The translations under genes were made by a program, and so were the position numbers. From the IMG/VR virus record IMGVR_UViG_3300022200_000036: 20,000 bases of DNA; one strand, given 5' to 3'. Shown here one piece after another: positions 14,451-20,000 of this stretch. Origin of the DNA: an uncultured virus (IMG/VR IMGVR_UViG_3300022200_000036). Taxonomy: Duplodnaviria > Heunggongvirae > Uroviricota > Caudoviricetes. Below the pieces are notes generated by a model. The model had not been told where the DNA came from, did no database searches, and was given only the letters and a program-made list of their open reading frames with translations. Each line of letters begins with the position of its first letter. Positions within the stretch are counted from its first letter, which is position 1.

Positions 14451-14483
14451 GATATCGTTTTTCTTTATTATACGTGGCTAGAT

Positions 14484-15083
14484 TTAAGACTTTTGTGGCT
14501 CTTCGTTATTTTTCTTGAACGTCTTTTTTTTGTCTTCTGCTTTAGGTGTATCTTTTTCTTCTGACTTATTAGAAAGAAGCTGAGCAACAGACTTATCGCC
14601 TTCTGCTTCTTTCAATGCACGTTGCTCTGCAGCCGCCATCATATAACCCTTTGGATCTGGGTTGGAAACACGTGGCATTGGATTAGATGCACGTTTATCT
14701 GGGTTGACGGTTGGGCTAATGCGATAAGCTTCTACCCATACAGGAGAAAAGCCTGGTTGCTCCTCAGGACGCAATCGAGTGTTTGGCCTACCTTCTTCAA
14801 AGTTATAGCCCTCCTTGCGGGTAAAACGTCCGATATTGGCGAACACCTCATATTCTTCTGGGGTATCACCCACAAAGTTAAGAGTTGGGTTCAGTTGCAG
14901 TTTACGAGTTTGGATGCGGCGTAATAGGTCGGTCTCATCAAAACGACTTGGCATCCAAGGTGCTTTGCCACTGGAAGCCTTTGACATAAAAGAATCGTCA
15001 AAGTTAAGTTGACGTTTCTTGATGAATGGATCTTTTGTGTAATCAATATAACGATCTAGTGCCAGGCGGTGATCCTTTGCCAT
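14484..15083 (-). CDS. Hypothetical protein with Lys/Glu-rich tail
   Basis: 199 aa; GGAG upstream and TAATG coupling to the 72-aa gene. Confidence 0.75.
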   Translation of the reverse strand: MAKDHRLALDRYIDYTKDPFIKKRQLNFDDSFMSKASSGKAPWMPSRFDETDLLRRIQTRKLQLNPTLNFVGDTPEEYEVFANIGRFTRKEGYNFEEGRPNTRLRPEEQPGFSPVWVEAYRISPTVNPDKRASNPMPRVSNPDPKGYMMAAAEQRALKEAEGDKSVAQLLSNKSEEKDTPKAEDKKKTFKKNNEEPQKS

Positions 15084-15301
15084 TACTTCTTCTCCTTACG
15101 TTTTTTCAATCCTACTAACGTCTTACGCAACCGTGCTTGTTTCACAGTCTTTTCGTCATAGTCATCAGGATTGGAAAGAACGTTTTCCTGCAGCTGGGCA
15201 GTAGTAATCCCCTTTCGCTTGGCTTTGGCAGTGAAGGCACCTTCCTTCATCTCCATGCCTTGAATCCACTTCTTGTCTTTTTTCTTTTTCTTTTCAGCCA
15301 T
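15083..15301 (-). CDS. Small highly basic protein (possible DNA-binding/condensing virion protein)
   Basis: 72 aa with Lys-rich termini and KWIQGMEMKEGAFTAKAKRKG core. Function is inference from charge. Confidence 0.7.
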   Translation of the reverse strand: MAEKKKKKDKKWIQGMEMKEGAFTAKAKRKGITTAQLQENVLSNPDDYDEKTVKQARLRKTLVGLKKRKEKK

Positions 15302-15303
15302 GA

Positions 15304-18273
15304 TTAACGATTCCTACGTTTACCAGCGCGACGACTTGCTTGTGCGCGTAACTTACCCATCATATTAGAAAGCATCTGATCATCTACAGAAAAAATTTCT
15401 TGGCTGCCAGGGGGCTCTACTTTCGCGCGTGCTGCTTGTTTTGCTGTTAATTCAGCATCAATATCTATTTGTGACGGTCCTTGAATGGCTCTCTCGATGT
15501 CAGAGCCAATACTTTCACCAAAATCGTATTCCGCAATAGTTTGAGCAACTTCCTCTGCAGGGGATGGTTGGTCCATTGCGGCCAATGCACGCCGCCCTTG
15601 TGTCATTAGTTTTCCAGTAGCAAGCTCTTGTCCTTTACCACGGGAGAAGCGAGATGCTTGTTGAATAACTGCGTTGATATCAGCACCCTCTTGTTGAGCA
15701 ATAGATGAAGCAAACTGCATGAAATCAGATTGTTTCATTGGCTGCCCTGAACGTTGGCGATAATCAACTAAAGCGGCGGCAAGGCGCCTGCCGCCAAGTT
15801 CACCTGGATCGACTTTTTTGGTAATGGTTTTATAGGTAGCTTTTTCGCCTAAATACTCCATTGCATTTTTTTCTGGATTCCATTCATACACTGGCTCAAA
15901 TTCAGCGCCAACCAAAGGTACGGACGTTTGCCGACTTGGTAATGTACGCGTCGGCTTCTCAGAAACAGTGGCACCTAGCCCATAGCGCTCACCAAGGCCC
16001 TCTACTTGTCCTGGGGCACGTACAAGCTGACGTGTTGGCTCCGAAATTTGTGTCAATGTATTGGCTACAGTAAGTGCTTTATTTAAATAAGGATTAGAAC
16101 GTGATCCACCAAGGAAAGGGCCGGTTTTTTGTTTGCGAAGATCTAGGGCAAGATCAATATCTGCTAGTCGATTACCAGTAATGTTTTGATATGCATTTTG
16201 AACAGCCGTTAAATATTCGTAATCATTTTTCTTACCCTTGTCAAGGGTTGCTTCAAACATGCCAGAGTGCTCTGGGCCTAAAACCCAATTTGTTGTTTCT
16301 TGTCCCTCAATAATTTCCGGAACAGAATATCTTGTCTGCCTTAAATATTTAGCACCATCTTCTGTATAAGCCTCTTGGATCAAACCTTTTTGAAGGAGAG
16401 AATCTTGAATTTGTGAGGCAAAAGTTGCTTCGTCTGTCGCTGAAAGTTTTTGATAAGGATCAATCCATGTTTTGCGTTGACGGCCAGATGTATCTCTGCC
16501 TGTAAGGGCTACCTCCATTGCGCCGCGATAAGTTTCGGGCGTTTCAGTTTGCGCCCGCATTTTGCTAAGTTGTTTTTCATTGAATTGGCTATGTACGTTA
16601 TTTACAAACGCAGCAGCTTCTTCTGGTGAGTTCCATTTTTGTCCAGTAATTGGATGTTCGTAAAAAATATTGCCATACTCTTGGTTAAGACGAACAGATA
16701 AACGACTGTCTCCTGTTAGCGCAATTGGTTTGACTTTTGCAAACACATTGCCGTTACTGGACATACCTACAAATTTATTTTCAATTAACTCGCTAGCCGA
16801 CATTACTGGCAATGAAAAATCTTGGCCTGCCGTATAGCCAGCTCCAGGGCTGCCTCCAAATTCTTTTACGCCTCCAATGGCATAACCAGTACCCTGTTGT
16901 TTATAGCGCAGTTCTTTTTCACCCGTAACTCCAGGGGATGCAACAAAAGGCCCGAGTTTTTCTCGTGGCACAAAGGCTACGGCCTGGCCAATCTCCTCGC
17001 CAATACCAGTGCCTGTTGCGGCGTCAGATGTGCCGCTGGTACCAATAGCCGACTTGGGTATTAAATTTCCATTTGTATCTAGATAAAGAGGCTCGAGATC
17101 ACTAACATCAAACTGAGAAGAAGCACGTTTTTTAATAGAAATTTCAGGCTCGCCGCCTTCGCCTTTCTGTACGCTAATAACATCAGTACGAGAAGCAGGA
17201 CGTGCTGACCAACTAAATCCGCGCGATTGGATGGCTTGTATGTCACCAGGGAACTCGCCTGCAAGATAATTTTTTATAGATCCTTGATAATCTTGAGATA
17301 AAAGATTTTCTCTTACATAACGCGTTGCGTTAAACACTGCATTTGAATCATTAAAAGAAAGAATATTGCCGCGATTGTCTTTTATTGCACTACTTATTAA
17401 TTGTCGTGCAATTGGTTGTGGAATAACGTTTTCATCTCCAAGGTGCATGGAAATGATATCGGGCCGAAGCATGCCGCGGTTGTCAAATAGTTTTTCGTTC
17501 CAGTCACGACTGATTGGTGCAACAGAATTTTGTTGCTTTCGCTCCATGGCTTTATTCAAAGCTTCGGTAGAAGAGCTCCCCGCAGTTTGAATTTGACTTG
17601 TGCCAAGGTCGTAATCTTCTTGTTGCTCACCAGAAAGAAGTGCATCTTTTACGGAATTGGCAAGTTGTTGTGCTTGTTGTGCACGAATTTGACGGCGTTC
17701 ATTGAGTTTAGAAACGTAAGAAGGAGATTCTGGATTTCTTTCTTCTTGACGTGCCAAGGCTTCGCGAGTTGTACGATCTGCAAGAGAGCCTGGACGATAC
17801 GGCGTCACTGGACGACCAATACTGCGAAGCTCTTCTTGTTGACGTAAATCTTGCAAGAAAGAAGTCAAATCTGCTTTAACAACACCGCGGGGACGTTCTT
17901 TACGCGCTTCTTGAATAATTTGTTCGCTTTGGACAACCCGTGAAGGGGGAACGGCAATTTCTCGTAGAAGTGATTCGTTTTCTTCGGCGTATTTTGCTTG
18001 CGCAGCGGGAGTTGCATTAATAGGGGTCTCTTTCCTTGTTCCACGACCAGCCAATGCACGGTAACCTGCGTAACCCGCGCCAGCACCAGCAAGACCAAGG
18101 GCGCCTAGTCCCAAAATCTGGAGGAGATTTGACTCTTCTTGTGGTGCACGGAGCTGATTACGGCGAAATTCAAGTACTTCTGGGGCTAAAGCTGCCCTTT
18201 CCTCCGGATCTTCTGGTACCGGCACCCCGGTTGCACGGCTATAAGCGTAAAAATCGGCGGGTGCTAGTGCCAT
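15304..18273 (-). CDS. Large hypothetical protein (989 aa), putative internal virion protein
   Basis: First gene of the minus-strand block. N-terminal helical domain, a hydrophobic segment (LLQILGLGALGLAGAGAGYAGY) and a basic C-terminus. No catalytic motif recognised. Confidence 0.75.
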   Translation of the reverse strand: MALAPADFYAYSRATGVPVPEDPEERAALAPEVLEFRRNQLRAPQEESNLLQILGLGALGLAGAGAGYAGYRALAGRGTRKETPINATPAAQAKYAEENESLLREIAVPPSRVVQSEQIIQEARKERPRGVVKADLTSFLQDLRQQEELRSIGRPVTPYRPGSLADRTTREALARQEERNPESPSYVSKLNERRQIRAQQAQQLANSVKDALLSGEQQEDYDLGTSQIQTAGSSSTEALNKAMERKQQNSVAPISRDWNEKLFDNRGMLRPDIISMHLGDENVIPQPIARQLISSAIKDNRGNILSFNDSNAVFNATRYVRENLLSQDYQGSIKNYLAGEFPGDIQAIQSRGFSWSARPASRTDVISVQKGEGGEPEISIKKRASSQFDVSDLEPLYLDTNGNLIPKSAIGTSGTSDAATGTGIGEEIGQAVAFVPREKLGPFVASPGVTGEKELRYKQQGTGYAIGGVKEFGGSPGAGYTAGQDFSLPVMSASELIENKFVGMSSNGNVFAKVKPIALTGDSRLSVRLNQEYGNIFYEHPITGQKWNSPEEAAAFVNNVHSQFNEKQLSKMRAQTETPETYRGAMEVALTGRDTSGRQRKTWIDPYQKLSATDEATFASQIQDSLLQKGLIQEAYTEDGAKYLRQTRYSVPEIIEGQETTNWVLGPEHSGMFEATLDKGKKNDYEYLTAVQNAYQNITGNRLADIDLALDLRKQKTGPFLGGSRSNPYLNKALTVANTLTQISEPTRQLVRAPGQVEGLGERYGLGATVSEKPTRTLPSRQTSVPLVGAEFEPVYEWNPEKNAMEYLGEKATYKTITKKVDPGELGGRRLAAALVDYRQRSGQPMKQSDFMQFASSIAQQEGADINAVIQQASRFSRGKGQELATGKLMTQGRRALAAMDQPSPAEEVAQTIAEYDFGESIGSDIERAIQGPSQIDIDAELTAKQAARAKVEPPGSQEIFSVDDQMLSNMMGKLRAQASRRAGKRRNR

Positions 18274-18360
18274 GGGTGTTTTATTTGCTGATGTATTCTT
18301 GTTATTTGTATTTTAAGGGATAAAAACGCACACACATGGGCTAAAGTAGTAACAGATAAG

Positions 18361-18389
18361 TTGAATGACCCGAGAAACAAGGGTATTAT
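18361..18389 (+). promoter_or_regulatory. Sigma70-type promoter TTGAAT-N17-TATTAT
   Basis: -35 at 18361-18366 and -10 at 18384-18389, with the ATG at 18396 only 6 nt downstream. Confidence 0.55.
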
Positions 18390-18395
18390 TGGGAA

Positions 18396-18602
18396 ATGAA
18401 CCCTAAAAACCGTGCAGAACGCGTTGTTGCGTTAGATGCAATTACCGAAGAAGCGGAAAAGTTAGCGGCAAAGGGTGCTGACCCCCTTACCGTCAAGAGT
18501 TTTACGGTTGGCGCCAGGAAAGAACTAGCCAATCAACGACCTGATACGGAACAATACTTTGATGCAGCCGTTGCCGCAAAAAAAGCAAAGAACAGTTTTT
18601 AA
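18396..18602 (+). CDS. Hypothetical 68-aa protein, divergent from the structural block
   Basis: Bounded by the promoter above and the terminator at 18635; Ala/Lys-rich helical. Confidence 0.65.
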   Translation: MNPKNRAERVVALDAITEEAEKLAAKGADPLTVKSFTVGARKELANQRPDTEQYFDAAVAAKKAKNSF

Positions 18603-18634
18603 TTTTAGGTAACACAAAAGTAAATCTAGGTATA

Positions 18635-18660
18635 GCCGGGGATAAAACCCCGGCATTTTT
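18635..18660 (+). terminator. Rho-independent terminator
   Basis: GCCGGGG-ATAAAA-CCCCGGC followed by ATTTTT. Confidence 0.75.
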
Positions 18661-18905
18661 GTCTATAAATTAGGGTAAAACCTTAAATAGCACGACACTT
18701 TTTAAGGTTTAGTACACTGTGATACAAAAAAGGTCCCTATAGAGGTCAAAAAAGGAGAAAAAATTATCTGAGGCTTCTCCAACACCCCACGCGTAGTGAA
18801 TTGCGTATAGAAAAAAAGAAGGGGTGTGATGGGTAGATAAGTATAACGGGGGCTGCGCATCCGTGTAACGCAGATTGTCCACAGTTTCCAGAGGAGTTTA
18901 GTTCA

Positions 18906-19223
18906 ATGGCAACAGTTATCAGCACGATTTCAGCCGAAGAGCTTGACTATCGTTGCGAGTGTGCAGTTGCTTCGCTTGCTGAAGGCAAGCGTGTGACGTT
19001 AGCGCCAGGTTTCTTCAGGGCCGCCGGCATTACGCCGAAGGAACTGATGGAAACATTGCTTAAGTTCCTGTACATCCACGAGCTTGAAGTAGCTCAGGCC
19101 GAGATGTACATGGACAGCTATTATCGTGGCGACGATTGCATAAACATCCGCCAATGGCGAGTGTTTATCACACGTAAGCCACAGGATCTTAGCTTCGTTG
19201 TCAAGGCAACCTGCATCGATTGA
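18906..19223 (+). CDS. Hypothetical protein (105 aa)
   Basis: GAGGAG at 18891-18896 upstream; followed by a terminator hairpin. Confidence 0.75.
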   Translation: MATVISTISAEELDYRCECAVASLAEGKRVTLAPGFFRAAGITPKELMETLLKFLYIHELEVAQAEMYMDSYYRGDDCINIRQWRVFITRKPQDLSFVVKATCID

Positions 19224-19235
19224 CGGTTAACTTTT

Positions 19236-19262
19236 CCCCTGGTGAGAGCCAGGGGTTTACTT
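19236..19262 (+). terminator. Rho-independent terminator candidate
   Basis: CCCCTGGT-GAGA-GCCAGGGG followed by TTTACTT, 12 nt after the stop codon. Confidence 0.65.
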
Positions 19263-19369
19263 AGCCCTCAACACCTGCTTCGTTTGATACGAATTCGTAT
19301 CGCGCCCGCGGAATTTTTGCTTCGCGCGGCTGGGGTTTGGCTAGAACGGTTTGCGGCAAAGACCTACCG

Positions 19370-19402
19370 TTTTCCACAGTTTTTCCACAAGCCTGTGGAA
19401 AA
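19370..19402. repeat. Three perfect TTTTCCACA 9-mers (DnaA-box-like), two direct and one inverted
   Basis: 19370-19378 (+), 19381-19389 (+) and 19394-19402 (-). All match TT(A/T)TNCACA. Confidence 0.7.
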
Positions 19403-19511
19403 CTTTCGTCAAGCTGGACGTTAAACGTAGCAGACAACTCAGGTGGTAGGTCACCAGCTGTTCTTGGCATCCACACTTCAGTGGTGTAAGCCCAAGCTAC
19501 TGGAGAACACC

Positions 19512-19742
19512 GTGACCAACACCACCATCGCCACCGTTCGTCGCATCGATTGCGTTGACATCACTGAGATGTCGCAAGATCAGATCTTCGAAATGTGTGG
19601 CGTACCAACCCGGCAGGAAGCTGGCGATAACGTCATGCTCCAGGTCCTTGACCTGCTTGAGTATGGCCGCAGCCAAGTACTTACTGCCGAACATCTCCAG
19701 GTCATTAAGTCCTACGTGGACGAGATGCTGGAGAACAACTGA
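19512..19742 (+). CDS. Hypothetical acidic protein (76 aa)
   Basis: GTG at 19512 with GGAG 6 nt upstream, in frame with track ORF 19443..19742. Confidence 0.65.
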   Translation: MTNTTIATVRRIDCVDITEMSQDQIFEMCGVPTRQEAGDNVMLQVLDLLEYGRSQVLTAEHLQVIKSYVDEMLENN

Positions 19743-19819
19743 TCCGTTAAAGCGGGTTGGGAGGTGCAAACCCTCCCACAGTTATTGCCACAATCCCGTG
19801 GCATCTACCCCAACTCAAC

Positions 19820-19999
19820 ATGTACTACTCCGTACAGATCAAACGCAATCCTTTTGAAGGCCATGACTACACATTCGAGGAGGCTTACTTCCAAGGATGT
19901 GACAGGCATTACATGACCAAGGAGGAAGCTGAGGAATACTTGGCTTCCTTTGAAGATTGGGAGCAAGAGATGCTTTGCATCGACGAGTTTCCCTTCTGA
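19820..19999 (+). CDS. Hypothetical acidic protein (59 aa, MYYSVQIKRNPF...)
   Basis: ATG at 19820, in frame with track ORF 19757..19999, whose 5' part is hairpin-rich and probably noncoding. Confidence 0.6.
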   Translation: MYYSVQIKRNPFEGHDYTFEEAYFQGCDRHYMTKEEAEEYLASFEDWEQEMLCIDEFPF

Positions 20000-20000
20000 T

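Noticed and set aside
19242..19476. Short ORFs 19242..19424 (+) and 19261..19476 (-)
   Set aside because: No convincing SD; they overlap a terminator and the DnaA-box-like cluster, so the region is better read as noncoding.
19500..19737. 10-bp direct repeat CTGGAGAACA flanking the 76-aa ORF
   Set aside because: Short, only two copies and partly explained by the SD; insufficient evidence for a cassette or target-site duplication.
19745..19805. tRNA gene suggested by the T-arm-like hairpin
   Set aside because: I could not build a cloverleaf with acceptor, D and anticodon arms.
1..20000. CRISPR array, rRNA, transposase or integrase
   Set aside because: No regularly spaced repeats or relevant motifs seen.

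Overview
Morphogenesis module of a tailed dsDNA phage (Caudoviricetes), plausibly a cyanophage (host is inference only). Positions 1-18273 are a dense minus-strand block. In transcription order it holds a 989-aa protein, a run of small Ala/Gly/Gln-rich putative internal virion proteins, a possible TerS, TerL, a membrane/coiled-coil protein, an AbrB-like protein, portal, a scaffold-like protein, a hydrophobic protein and the probable major capsid gene, which runs off the left edge. Beyond 18300 the strand switches to small plus-strand genes with terminators and a cluster of perfect TTTTCCACA DnaA-box-like 9-mers. Two core genes carry self-splicing elements whose endonucleases lie outside the host reading frame. 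(1) TerL has a 337-aa intein at Walker B whose own frame stays open with no nuclease motif, while an intact zinc-finger/HNH endonuclease is encoded in the +1 frame of the same DNA. (2) The capsid gene is split by a 1107-nt group I intron (P1-P10 traced by hand) whose LAGLIDADG gene lies antisense in the P8 loop. Three further same-strand +1 gene overlaps and three small ORFs missing from the ORF track were also found. All calls come from reading the sequence; no searches were run.
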